Assembly (NCBI GenBank): GCA_038897215.1 | Contig: JAWAWX010000001.1 | Coordinates: forward strand, 384,001-448,000 | DNA from: Acidilobaceae archaeon | Lineage (GTDB): Archaea > Thermoproteota > Thermoprotei_A > Sulfolobales > Acidilobaceae | Length of the DNA stretch: 64,000 bases | Direction: 5' to 3' | In this document: piece by piece, positions 25,473-35,053 of the stretch | Position numbering within the stretch: position 1 is the stretch's first letter | Layout of the letters: each line of letters opens with the position of its first letter | The notes under the pieces: model-generated | What the model was told of the DNA's origin: nothing | The model's input: the letters and a program-made list of their open reading frames with translations, nothing else | Database searches by the model: none | Translations under genes and position numbers: made by a program

Positions 25473-27083
25473 TTGGAGACCAGGCTCCGCTTCAGAGTGA
25501 AAGGCTGGCTGAGCGAGGAGGAGTTCAGAGAGCTCCTAGAGTTCTCGAGCTACCTAGGCAGAACCCCCGAGGGAGCGGTCTTCGAGATAGACCAGGAGAA
25601 GATGAAGAGAGCGGGGGTTACTTTGAGAGATGTCTACGCTAAACTAGCCTCGACTCCCGGAGTCGATGAGAGCGACTTGAGCGAGATAGAGAAGCTCTAC
25701 AGAGAAGAGTACAGAGTAGAGGTCTACCTGGGGCCAGACGGGCTCCTGAGGATAAAGTCGAGAGTTCTGCTCAAGCCGTACCTGCAGAGAGTAGGATTGG
25801 AAAGCCTAGCGTGGGACCCTGAGGATAGGTCGTTTAGAGCCCGCCCTCACGTTTATCCTGATGTCGTGAAGAAGCTCTCGGAGCAAGGCTTGATCTTAGA
25901 GGATAAGCTGGGGCTCCTTCAGGCGAAGCTCCCTAGAGCCGTCTCGTTCACAGGCAACCTGAGAGACTACCAGAGAGAGGCTCTCGAGAAGTGGGAGTCT
26001 AACAGCTACAGAGGCATACTAGCTCTCCCCACGGGCTCGGGGAAGACCGTGATCGCTCTAGCGGGAGTAGCGAAGCTCTCTGCTCCAACCCTGGTGGTTG
26101 TCTACACGAAGGACCACGTGAGGCAGTGGGTTGAGGCCTTTAAGAGGTTCACAGACGCGGGGAGCCTGGTTGGAGCGTACTACAGCGAGGAGAAGAGGCT
26201 AGCGCCCATAACGGTCACCACCTACAAGTCCGCCTCATCGAATATCAGAGTCTTCGCCGCCAGGTTCTCTCTAGTGATCTTCGACGAGGCTCACCACCTG
26301 CCAGCAGATACCTTCAAGGAGCTCGCGCTAAGCCTCCCGGCTCCCTACAGGCTCGGTCTCTCAGCTACGCCGGAGAGAGAGGATGGGAGGCACGTCGACA
26401 TATTCCCGCTAATCGGGGGCGTGGTGTACCACCTGACCCCTACCGAGCTCGCTGAGAAAGGCTACCTAGCGCCCTTCGTGATAAAGAGAGTAAAGGTCGA
26501 CTTGAGCTTGCTGGAGAAGGCTCGCTACGAGTCTCTCAGGAGGAGGTATCTCGAGCTCTCTCGAGGAAGGAGCTTCCAGGAGCTCCTAGAGCACGCGAAG
26601 AGAGGTGACTCTAGCGCAGTCGAGGCTCTAAAGATTCACGCTGAGATGCTCGACATAGTTCAGAGTAGCGAGAGTAAGATAGAGAAGGTGGTTGAGATAG
26701 CTAGGAGAGAGCTCGAGAAGGGGGGCAAGATAATAGTATTCACTCAGTTCAAGAGCCAGGCTGAGAGGATAGCTGAGAAGCTCGGAGCACTGCTCCTCCA
26801 CGGAGGCTTGAGCGATGAGGAGCGGTCCAGAGTACTCGCTAAGTTCAAGTCAGCCAAGTCGGGTGTGCTGGTAGTCACAACAGTTGGAGACGAGGGGCTA
26901 GACATACCAGACGCTAGCGTAGGCATACTAGTCTCAGGGACTGGGTCCCGCAGGCAGTTCATCCAGAGACTAGGCAGGCTCTTGAGACCCTCTTCTCCAG
27001 GCAAAGTGGCTGTCCTATATGAGGTGATAGTGAGAGGGACGATGGAGGAAGCTCAGGCTAGGAAGAGGAGAGAGCTCATCTAA
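25473..27083 (+). CDS. xpb: XPB/Rad25-like SF2 DNA repair helicase
   Basis: LRDYQ, LPTGSGKT, IFDEAHH, RLGLSATPEREDGRH, DEGLDIPDA, QFIQRLGRLLRP. Confidence 0.9.
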   Translation: METRLRFRVKGWLSEEEFRELLEFSSYLGRTPEGAVFEIDQEKMKRAGVTLRDVYAKLASTPGVDESDLSEIEKLYREEYRVEVYLGPDGLLRIKSRVLLKPYLQRVGLESLAWDPEDRSFRARPHVYPDVVKKLSEQGLILEDKLGLLQAKLPRAVSFTGNLRDYQREALEKWESNSYRGILALPTGSGKTVIALAGVAKLSAPTLVVVYTKDHVRQWVEAFKRFTDAGSLVGAYYSEEKRLAPITVTTYKSASSNIRVFAARFSLVIFDEAHHLPADTFKELALSLPAPYRLGLSATPEREDGRHVDIFPLIGGVVYHLTPTELAEKGYLAPFVIKRVKVDLSLLEKARYESLRRRYLELSRGRSFQELLEHAKRGDSSAVEALKIHAEMLDIVQSSESKIEKVVEIARRELEKGGKIIVFTQFKSQAERIAEKLGALLLHGGLSDEERSRVLAKFKSAKSGVLVVTTVGDEGLDIPDASVGILVSGTGSRRQFIQRLGRLLRPSSPGKVAVLYEVIVRGTMEEAQARKRRELI

Positions 27084-27307
27084 GCCTCTACATCGATCTC
27101 ATCGGGTAGCTTGAAGAAGCCGGCGCTAACTCTAACTGGAACATCTGCTCTCGCTCCGTGGTACACCGATGTCCAGAGCTCTCTCTTGAGAAGCTCTCTT
27201 ATAGCTGCTCTAATCGCCTCACTCCTATTAGAGTATCTGCCGCTTCTAACCAGGTCATCTATCCCCCTAACGTAGACCTCGGGTACTTTCACGGTAACGA
27301 GCCTCAT
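27080..27307 (-). CDS. Ribbon-helix-helix (CopG, CdrS-like) transcription factor
   Basis: MRLVTVKVP...GRYSNRSEAIRAAIRELL. Confidence 0.92.
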   Translation of the reverse strand: MRLVTVKVPEVYVRGIDDLVRSGRYSNRSEAIRAAIRELLKRELWTSVYHGARADVPVRVSAGFFKLPDEIDVEA

Positions 27308-27634
27308 TTCTGTTCTCCGCTCTCTCAGCTGAGGTAGCTGAGGGTATTCGAGGATCTATCCCTGAAAGCCGGAGAGCCGGAAGTACTGGTGCGCGACTAC
27401 CTAGCTATATCTCAAGCAGTGAGAACACCCCGGTTGAGCTAAACCAGAGGTTAACTGTGGCCTAGCCTCCAGTAATACCGGGGCTCTCGTAGCTCGCTTC
27501 AGCTAGAAGAATAATCCTGAGTTAGGGAGAGCTCTCGTCTAGAGTAGACATGAGCAAAGTATAATAATCTTGAGTCTTCACGTATATCAAGAGGGGGTCT
27601 TTCTATCAAGAGAGACGAGAGAGTTTTTGACTTC

Positions 27635-28600
27635 GTGAGAGTAACGACGGGGTCCAGGCTACACGCTGGCTTCTACCATATCAGCACTCTGTACAACGTG
27701 TGGAGTGTTCTCTTTGCTGGAGCAGGCTTCTACGTAGAGTACCCTAGGGTTGTAGTGGAGGCTCGGAGATGCGATAGAGTAGAGCTAGAAGGCTTCGGGG
27801 ACTTGACGGGAGCGGTGAAGGGGCTACTTCTACTAGCCGGGTTCACTGCCTGCTTGAGGCTTTCTGAAAGCATGCCTAGACACAGCGGCTTAGGTAGCAC
27901 CACTCAGATACTGCTAGCTTCTCTCCTAGCCGCTTCTCGAGCTAGCGGGTTTTCTTTAAGCATAGATAGCTTGATAGAGCTCTCGGGGAGAGCTTCGAGA
28001 TACTCCTCCATCGGGTCTCTTCTCTTCAAGTACGGGGGCTTCGTGGTAGAGCCGGGAGTCCCGGCTAAGAACGGGCTCTACAGACCGCTCGTCAGGCTAG
28101 ACGTGCCGGGAGACTGGAGATTCGTTATCGCTCTCCCGAGAGCCGAGAGAGGGCTCGATGAAACTCGAGAGAAATACGTCATGGATGTCGTCCTATTCAA
28201 GAGCGTTAGTACTGAAGCCAGGCTACTCATGTCGGTAGGCTGTCTGAGGCTAGCTTCGGGGATAGCTAGGAGAGACTTGGAGGACGCTCTAGCCGGTTTA
28301 GCGATGATGCAGAGAGGGACCGGCATGGTGTTCGAGACAGTGCAGGGAGGCGTATACAGAGAAGACTTGCAACACTTCGTCGAAATAGCGGACAGGAGAG
28401 GGGTCAAGCTAGCTCAATCGAGCTGGGGGCCGACACTCTACACTATAGCGACATCTTCTCGCGCTCCCTCAGTGAAGGAGAGCCTAGAGAAGGCTATGGA
28501 GAAAGCAGGGCTAGAGGGAGAGGTGCTCATAGCGGCTCCTCGGAACTCGGGAGCAAGCCTAGAGGCGGCTTCTCGCTCTCCGGCTTCTAGCTCTCGCTAG
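27635..28600 (+). CDS. GHMP-kinase-fold protein, beta-RFAP synthase family
   Basis: SRLHAG, PRHSGLGSTTQ, GGFVVE, QSSWGPT, PRNSGA. Confidence 0.88.
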   Translation: MRVTTGSRLHAGFYHISTLYNVWSVLFAGAGFYVEYPRVVVEARRCDRVELEGFGDLTGAVKGLLLLAGFTACLRLSESMPRHSGLGSTTQILLASLLAASRASGFSLSIDSLIELSGRASRYSSIGSLLFKYGGFVVEPGVPAKNGLYRPLVRLDVPGDWRFVIALPRAERGLDETREKYVMDVVLFKSVSTEARLLMSVGCLRLASGIARRDLEDALAGLAMMQRGTGMVFETVQGGVYREDLQHFVEIADRRGVKLAQSSWGPTLYTIATSSRAPSVKESLEKAMEKAGLEGEVLIAAPRNSGASLEAASRSPASSSR

Positions 28601-28640
28601 CTGAATAGCCCTGCTTCTAGAGAGCACTCATCGAGGATAT

Positions 28641-28744
28641 TGGTGGGCCCGCCGGGATTTGAACCCGGGACCACGGGGTCCCGAATCGGGCGCCGCTCGC
28701 TACTCGGCGTACCCCGCATCCTAGCCAGGCTAGACTACGGGCCC
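28641..28744 (-). tRNA. tRNA-Pro(CGG) with a 26-nt intron at position 32/33 (intron 28685-28710), encoded CCA
   Basis: GGGCCCG acceptor stem. After intron removal the anticodon arm reads CGGGG-TTCGGGA-CCCCG. BHB motif: central helix CGGG/CCCG, bulges GUA and AUU. Confidence 0.95.
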
Positions 28745-28880
28745 TCTTACCGTCTCCTCTACGTCTCAGCGTCTCTCACAGCGGCTTTTTTAATTTGCGA
28801 GCTCTGCGAGCTCCGCTTCCACTCTCTCCGCCATACTGTCTTTAGGTCTCGTCTAGCGCTCTGCGAGTCGGGAGAGAGCT

Positions 28881-29624
28881 GTGGTCGAGCAGGCCATAGC
28901 TAGAGACTATGTGCTACAAGCTGTAGCCAAGAGGGTAGCTGGAGACATAGTTTTCAGCGATAACATAGCGGCTTCGCTGAAGAAGTGGCGCGAGTACTTT
29001 GAGGTATCTCAGTCAGAGATAGCTAGAGCCATGAATGTAGCTCCCAGCGTCATAAGCGACTACGAGAAGGGGAGGAGAGTGCCTGGAGCCAAGTTCATCC
29101 AGAGATTCGTGACCGCTCTACTTGAGATCGATGGGAGGAGGGGTTGGAAGAAAGTGACCGCACTCACAGCGAGCTTGGGGATTATGCCTGAGGTGATAAT
29201 AGACATGAGGGAGTTCGAGAAACCTGTGAGGCTCGAGGAGTTCATCACCGCGGTGAAGGGGGTTCTCTTGAATCCAGAGGCTAGAGCCGACAGGCTGATA
29301 TACGGTTACACGGTAGTCGATAGCATAAAAGCCATACTGTCTCTCAGCGGGCTCCAGTTCTCGATCCTCTTCGGGCTGACTCCCGAGAGAGCCTTCATCT
29401 TCACCAGGGTAGCTATGGGGAGGAGCCCCATGGTCGCTGTTAGAGTGACCCCCATAAAGCCAAGCATAGTGGTGCTACACGGCCCCAGAGAGAGAGTAGA
29501 CCCTCTAGCAGTAGAGCTCGCCAGGAGAGAGGGGATACCCCTCATACTGAGCCTGGCTAGGAGTGAGGACGAGCTGCTCTCAGAGTTGAGAAAGCTAGCT
29601 AGCCACGTTACTCCTCTGGGTTAG
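28881..29624 (+). CDS. XRE-type HTH transcriptional regulator (COG1709-like)
   Basis: LKKWREYF, PSVISDYEKGRR.PG, YGYTVVDS, GRSPMVAVRV. Confidence 0.9.
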   Translation: MVEQAIARDYVLQAVAKRVAGDIVFSDNIAASLKKWREYFEVSQSEIARAMNVAPSVISDYEKGRRVPGAKFIQRFVTALLEIDGRRGWKKVTALTASLGIMPEVIIDMREFEKPVRLEEFITAVKGVLLNPEARADRLIYGYTVVDSIKAILSLSGLQFSILFGLTPERAFIFTRVAMGRSPMVAVRVTPIKPSIVVLHGPRERVDPLAVELARREGIPLILSLARSEDELLSELRKLASHVTPLG

Positions 29625-29981
29625 CTTGAGTATGGCTAGCGCTATGTCGCCCCCTGTCTCCTCGAGAGCTCTCCTAGCCTCCTCGAGGCTCACTCCGGCT
29701 TGCTCTGCTACTAGCTTCACGTCTTCCTCTGTGAAGACTGGGGCTTCTCCACGCTCGCTCTTCTTCTCCTCGACTCTATACTCTCCCACCACGTAGAGAA
29801 CCGGGGTTGCCCCCTTCTGCCTCACTATAGCGGCTGACGCGGGATTCTCGAAAACCATGACTGAGCCATCGCTAACCTCTACAACAACCCTAACAGCTTC
29901 GACCTCCTCCACGGTTATCCCCAGCTTCTTGAGCAACTTCTCTAGATCCTGAGGCTTGACCCCGAAGAAGCCTAAAGCCAC
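29595..29981 (-). CDS. nac: Nascent polypeptide-associated complex protein
   Basis: LKKLGI, NAC barrel, UBA tail EEDVKLVAEQAGVSLEEARRALEETGGDIALAI. Exact start uncertain. Confidence 0.93.
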   Translation of the reverse strand: MALGFFGVKPQDLEKLLKKLGITVEEVEAVRVVVEVSDGSVMVFENPASAAIVRQKGATPVLYVVGEYRVEEKKSERGEAPVFTEEDVKLVAEQAGVSLEEARRALEETGGDIALAILKLTQRSNVAS

Positions 29982-30013
29982 TCCTCCCACTCCCCGGGTC
30001 TTCACGCTAGCTT

Positions 30014-31183
30014 TCAGCTCTTAGATAGCTCATCCCAGCTCCAAGGCCCCTCTCTCCACATCCTCGAGGCTAGCTCACCGTCTCGCATGTATAGGTGGAG
30101 GAGTTCTCTAGCCTGCTCTCTCCTAGCTCTGAAGTCTTCGAGGAAGGAGTTCAGCTTCTCGATAAGATACTCCTTCAGCTCACCCGTGAGCATCCTCCCA
30201 CTCCTGTAGTCCTCCTCGATCCTCCTGAGCTTCGAGTCGTCGGGCTCGAAGAACATCTTGAGCCACTGGAAGGAGACGTCGACATCAGGGTTGCCGCCCA
30301 GCTTTCTATGCAATTCTACCGTAGGCTGGCCTCCGGAAAACGCGTACCTCATCACCTTGTATCTAACGACCTCTGGAGGATCGTGGAGGAATATTGCTGT
30401 CTCCGGCTTAGAAGTGCTCATCTTGCCGTGGAGACCCGTGAGGGGAGGCAAGAACTTGGAGTGTATTGCTGCAGCCTTATTGTAGCCAAAGCTCTCCGCT
30501 ATGTCTCTCTGGAGTCTCCAGTAGGGGTCTTGGTCTATAGCTGCTGGGATCAGGCATCTCTTCTTCTCGAAGAACGTGGGGACTATCTGGAGAGCTGGAT
30601 AGAATATGAGCCCTATGTTCGTGGAGCCCGTGAAACCGAAGGTTGCTTTCACCTCGTTGAGGTTAAGCCTCTTAGCTACCTTTACAGCCATGGGGTAGAG
30701 CTTTCCGATGTACTCTATATCGTGGAATATGAATGTCCTATCGGGGTCGAAGCCTAGAGCGGCTATGTCTAGAGTGTTCTCGTAAGCCCATCTCCTAGCC
30801 TCGCCCAAGCTCATCCCCTCCTCGTCTAGGTACTTCTCGTCATCAGTTATCATTATGTACACGTTAGCCTTGAACCTATCCTGGAGCCACTTGGTCAAGA
30901 TGAAGGGTATGATGTGACCTATGTGCATAGGGCCTGAGGGACCTCTGCCAGTGTAGAGGAAGAATCCTCTGCCTTTCTCGTAGTCGTCTAGGATGAGTTC
31001 TAGGTCTCTGTGAGAGAAGAAGACTCCTCGCCTCAAGAGAACGTGAAGCTCTCCAGCGAGACTCTCTATCCTTCTCAGCAACTCCTCCGTTATAGGCTTG
31101 GTCCCGAATATCTCGATAAGCCTATCGTAGTCTACTTTGCCTCTTACCTCCCACGGCGTTACAACGAACTCCTCGGACGCCAC
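30014..31183 (-). CDS. trpS: Tryptophan--tRNA ligase
   Basis: VTPWEV, YTGRGPS, HIGH, AIDQDPY, KMSTS. Confidence 0.98.
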   Translation of the reverse strand: MASEEFVVTPWEVRGKVDYDRLIEIFGTKPITEELLRRIESLAGELHVLLRRGVFFSHRDLELILDDYEKGRGFFLYTGRGPSGPMHIGHIIPFILTKWLQDRFKANVYIMITDDEKYLDEEGMSLGEARRWAYENTLDIAALGFDPDRTFIFHDIEYIGKLYPMAVKVAKRLNLNEVKATFGFTGSTNIGLIFYPALQIVPTFFEKKRCLIPAAIDQDPYWRLQRDIAESFGYNKAAAIHSKFLPPLTGLHGKMSTSKPETAIFLHDPPEVVRYKVMRYAFSGGQPTVELHRKLGGNPDVDVSFQWLKMFFEPDDSKLRRIEEDYRSGRMLTGELKEYLIEKLNSFLEDFRARREQARELLHLYMRDGELASRMWREGPWSWDELSKS

Positions 31184-31350
31184 AACAGTTATTCACCGAG
31201 TCTCTCTGGTTGAAGAGCACACGAGCTTATTAAAGCGTTTTTCTCGAAAACCGCTCTCGCGAGATAGCTGAAAGAGGAGACGCTAGAGTCAGCGCTAGAG
31301 TAAGGCATCAAAATTTATCCCCGAGACCGCTGTAGGAGCCGAGGGCTGGC

Positions 31351-31974
31351 TTGTCGGAGAGCGAGTACTCCTCTCTGGTAGCAGAGATCCTGGAGTGTAG
31401 GAGGTGCCCTCTAGCTGAGAGCAGGACTAGAGCTGTTCCGGGAGAGGGCTCTCTAAGAGCGAGAGTGATGCTAGTAGGCGAGGCTCCCGGGAGGAGGGAG
31501 GACGAGGAGGGGAGGCCTTTCGTGGGGGCTGCTGGCAAGCTCTTGACGGCCCTCCTGGAGTCTATAGGGGTTAGGAGAAGCGATGTCTACATAACCAACG
31601 TGGTTAAATGCAGGCCTCCGAATAACAGAGAGCCGACCGAGGACGAGGTCAAAGCGTGCAACCCCTTCCTCAGGAGGCAGATAGAGCTAGTCAAGCCCAA
31701 AGCAATCGTGGCTCTTGGGAGGATAGCTGGGAGAACTCTCTACGAGATGGCTGGATTGAGGTGGGTGAGCGTGGAGCGCGCTAGAGGAAACGTGGTGAGA
31801 GCTAAGATACAGGAGCTAGAGGTCTCTCTAGTAGTCACCTACCACCCAGCCGCAGCACTTTACAACCCGCAGCTCAGAGCAGAGCTCGAGAACGACTTCA
31901 AAAACCTAGTCTCAAGACTGTTCCGAGAGGATAGCTGGAGCAAGAGGAGAGCTACCCTAGAGGACTTCATCTAG
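31351..31974 (+). CDS. udg: Family 4 uracil-DNA glycosylase with C-terminal PIP-like motif
   Basis: CRRC, GEAPG, GRPFVG, TNVVKCRPP, TYHPAA, terminal TLEDFI. Confidence 0.95.
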   Translation: MSESEYSSLVAEILECRRCPLAESRTRAVPGEGSLRARVMLVGEAPGRREDEEGRPFVGAAGKLLTALLESIGVRRSDVYITNVVKCRPPNNREPTEDEVKACNPFLRRQIELVKPKAIVALGRIAGRTLYEMAGLRWVSVERARGNVVRAKIQELEVSLVVTYHPAAALYNPQLRAELENDFKNLVSRLFREDSWSKRRATLEDFI

Positions 31975-31984
31975 ACTCGTTACG

Positions 31985-33874
31985 CTATAAGCTAGGAGGC
32001 CTCCTTCTCAGACTCAGGTATACCGCTATAGTCGACAACCCCACTCCGCAAGCCAGACCTGTAGCTAGAAGTAGTAGAGTCCAAGCCGTCGTCATTATAG
32101 CCTGTCTTAACGCTACCTCCGCTCTAGCCTGAGACGTCTCTATAGAGCCATCTGGGTAAGGTCTAGCAAGGTATGATAGCGCCGCCATGCTCCACAGCAT
32201 CGCTGATAAAACAGCGTCCTCCATGAGGTCTAATGCTGAGCCATAGTCTCCTCTGCTAGCTCTATAGGATGCATACTCGTAGTAGAGATACGACACTCCT
32301 GGAGACAAGCCCTTTGCTGAGAGGCGAGCGATAGCTATAAGCCATGAGCGTTGCAACTCCTCATAGTAAAGCCTGAGCGCCCGGTCGTCGCCAGCTAGAA
32401 GCTGAGAAGTTATATCGAGAGCTTTCGACAAACACTCTCTATAGTATCCGAGCGCCGCCACTCTATTCTCTCTCGCATACTCGGCCTCAGCGAGCCTGGA
32501 GATCTCTCTGAGCTGTAGCGCTATCGAAGACATGTACCTCTTGGTGTCTTCATCGAGAGGATAGTATCTGATAGAGTAGTTAACTACCTCTACCGCATAG
32601 TCAGCAGCTATTCTAGCGAAGTCTCTCAAGTGAGTCAAGAGGTCTGAGAAAGCATACTCTGAGAGCTTTAACCCCTCTCCTCTCAGATCCTCCGCTACTG
32701 CGACCCACAGTCTAGAAGTCTCCAGCCTCCCGCTTATGTAGGCTAGTCTAAACGCTAAGTCTTCGGCCTTCAGCCTGTCTATGTTAGCCTCGACTAATCC
32801 TATGTGGTAGACGGCGTCAGCCAGCCTAGCGTACGCTAGGCTCGCGAACTCTACGTAGAGCTGGCTGTTATCGGGCTGGAGATTTCTCAGCTTGAGCTCG
32901 ATACTGCTTGCTTCGCTCTTCAAGGACTCCAAGACTCTTACAGCATAACTCCTGCCCTCTCTCGACAACGCGTAGCTGTATTTTGCCTGGAGGGCTCTAA
33001 TGTAGGCTGAGAAAGCTATGCTCGACGCCGTGTAGGGGCTCTTCTCTCTAACGCTCGAGGCTTCTTCGAGAAGAGGCGCCACGACTCTACTCACTTCAGC
33101 TTTTAGGGGTGGAGGCAACTCGGATAGAATGCTCTCAGTCTTCGCTGATAAGTCTTCAGCAACACGAGAGAGAAGAGAGTCTAGCTTAGGGTGGAGAGTG
33201 GAGAAGTCAACCCTCAGGTCTACAGAGGGGACGTCGATCACTCCCAGCTTCTCACTGGCATCGAGAACACCGGCGACGGGCAGATAGCGGCAGGTTTGCG
33301 GTGCTTCAGCAGTGTTAGCTAGAGGCATTACTAGAATCATGCCTCCTGACATAGCCGCAACACACTTCTCCGGGATCCCTCCTACTCGAGAAGCCAGCCC
33401 GTGAGGAGTCACTGCTCCCGTTACGGGGACTGCTATAGACGAGTTGGAGTTGAGTGATAGCAGAGAGTACGTGAGTAGAGCTATAGCAACCCCTCCGCTA
33501 GGGCCGGTGATGTCTGTGGTTATGTGGATCGTTATGTTTGCATCAAAGCTCCTCCAAGAGTATCCAGCGAGTAGGCTAGCTGTTCTGACCGCTAGCTCCA
33601 TGCTGAGCCTCGTGATCTTGCCTATCTCCCCCCGCTCGTTCTCCACTGCTACACGGATAGCTCCAGAGCCCGGGTAGACGAGCTGGACTGTTACGTTTAC
33701 CAGAGTCCCTTGAGAGCCTCTGACTGCCGGCACGAGGACCCAGCCGCTGAGCTCTCTCAGTGTCTGCGAGTAGCTCTCAAGCTGGCTCTGAGAAGCGAGC
33801 GTAGCTCCCAGAATGAGTAGTAGCATGTATGCAGCTAGGAGCTTCCTGAAACCCTCTAGCTTTATCTCAACCAC
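31985..33874 (-). CDS. Membrane-anchored S16 (Lon-C-like) serine protease
   Basis: Signal peptide, VPAV, ITGPSGGVA, VTGAV, VGGIPEK (Ser-Lys dyad), helical domain, C-terminal TM helix. Confidence 0.85.
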   Translation of the reverse strand: MVEIKLEGFRKLLAAYMLLLILGATLASQSQLESYSQTLRELSGWVLVPAVRGSQGTLVNVTVQLVYPGSGAIRVAVENERGEIGKITRLSMELAVRTASLLAGYSWRSFDANITIHITTDITGPSGGVAIALLTYSLLSLNSNSSIAVPVTGAVTPHGLASRVGGIPEKCVAAMSGGMILVMPLANTAEAPQTCRYLPVAGVLDASEKLGVIDVPSVDLRVDFSTLHPKLDSLLSRVAEDLSAKTESILSELPPPLKAEVSRVVAPLLEEASSVREKSPYTASSIAFSAYIRALQAKYSYALSREGRSYAVRVLESLKSEASSIELKLRNLQPDNSQLYVEFASLAYARLADAVYHIGLVEANIDRLKAEDLAFRLAYISGRLETSRLWVAVAEDLRGEGLKLSEYAFSDLLTHLRDFARIAADYAVEVVNYSIRYYPLDEDTKRYMSSIALQLREISRLAEAEYARENRVAALGYYRECLSKALDITSQLLAGDDRALRLYYEELQRSWLIAIARLSAKGLSPGVSYLYYEYASYRASRGDYGSALDLMEDAVLSAMLWSMAALSYLARPYPDGSIETSQARAEVALRQAIMTTAWTLLLLATGLACGVGLSTIAVYLSLRRRPPSL

Positions 33875-33945
33875 CCGAGACTTGTAGCGTAGAGGTAGAA
33901 ACTTTAAAGCTACAAGCAGAGCAAAGAGCTTCTGGTGCGGAAAGC

Positions 33946-34494
33946 TTGTCTAAGGCCAAGAAGGAGAAGACAACACAGACCACGAAGGGGAGCGGTGAGG
34001 CCGCTACTAAGAGCAAGGAGCTAAAGCTGGTAACAGTTCAAGTCATTACCAAAGATAGGGTGGTCAAGAACGAGAGGCAGATGGCTCTACTCTATTTGAT
34101 AAACGAGATCGGGCCTATGCACGAGAGGACGGTCTATGAGATAGCTAGAGAGGTCCAGGAGCTAGGCTTCCCTCTAGGCTACACCTTCAAGAGAGTAGCC
34201 GACTCGCTCTACTGCCCAGAGCTGAAGAGCGACTTGATAGCCTTGACGTACGTAGGCTTCCTGGAGACGGATCCCGTGAGGAAGAAGTATAGAGTGACGG
34301 GTCAAGGCAAGGAGGCTCTCGAGGCTACAGGCGTCCCCGAGGCTTTATCGAAGCTCGTGGAGTCTCATAGAGAGAAGCTGAAGAATCACGCTAGCCTAGT
34401 CGACGCTCAGGTAGAGTTCCAATCCGTTAGACCAGCGAGGCGGAGAAGAGAGTCGAGTATTCTAAGCAAGCTATCTAAGCTAGGCTTGAGATAA
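33946..34494 (+). CDS. Winged-helix-like hypothetical protein
   Basis: LLYLI...LGYTF...YCPELKSDL.AL..VGFL...YRVTGQG pattern, with basic termini. Confidence 0.7.
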   Translation: MSKAKKEKTTQTTKGSGEAATKSKELKLVTVQVITKDRVVKNERQMALLYLINEIGPMHERTVYEIAREVQELGFPLGYTFKRVADSLYCPELKSDLIALTYVGFLETDPVRKKYRVTGQGKEALEATGVPEALSKLVESHREKLKNHASLVDAQVEFQSVRPARRRRESSILSKLSKLGLR

Positions 34495-34495
34495 G

Positions 34496-35053
34496 GTGCG
34501 GACGCACCCCTACATAGAGCGAGCTGTGACCAGCAGGAGGTTCGTGTTCATCTACGGAGTCTCGGGATCGGGGAAGACTAGGCTGGCTCTGCACGTCGCC
34601 AGGCTGGCTTCAGAGTCGGGCTTGAGCGTGCTCCTAGTAGAGACCGAGCCCGTGAAATCCATAGTCTCTAGGCTCTACGAGGGCGAGATTAGGAGCGTCT
34701 CTAGCTTCGACGAGCTAGCGCGCGTAGTAGCTCAAGCAGCGCTCTCGAACCGCTACCTGGTGGTAGACAGCGTGAACTCCCTGTATCTCGACGAGCCTCC
34801 ACTAGCTAGACGTAGGACTCTTGCATTCATAGCGTCTATGCTGAAGAAAACAGGGGGGCTCGCCGTAGGCCAGGCTAGGTTGAGAGAAGACGGGGGTATA
34901 ACAAGCCCGGGGCTAGAGCTCATCTCTGTCTACGCTGACGTTATCGCTCAATCTCAGAAAGTTGGAGAGAACAAGTTCAAGCTAGAGGTCTTAAAGCCTG
35001 AGCGTAGAGTCATGCTTTTCAGAGTCTTGGAGGCGGATGTAGAGTGGCTGTAG
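34496..35053 (+). CDS. Small RecA/RadB-like P-loop ATPase
   Basis: IYGVSGSGKT, LLVETE, LVVDSVNSLY. Confidence 0.85.
   Translation: MRTHPYIERAVTSRRFVFIYGVSGSGKTRLALHVARLASESGLSVLLVETEPVKSIVSRLYEGEIRSVSSFDELARVVAQAALSNRYLVVDSVNSLYLDEPPLARRRTLAFIASMLKKTGGLAVGQARLREDGGITSPGLELISVYADVIAQSQKVGENKFKLEVLKPERRVMLFRVLEADVEWL

Noticed and set aside
28640-28903. 87-aa ORF starting MVGPPGFEPGT
   Set aside because: It is the antisense shadow of tRNA-Pro.
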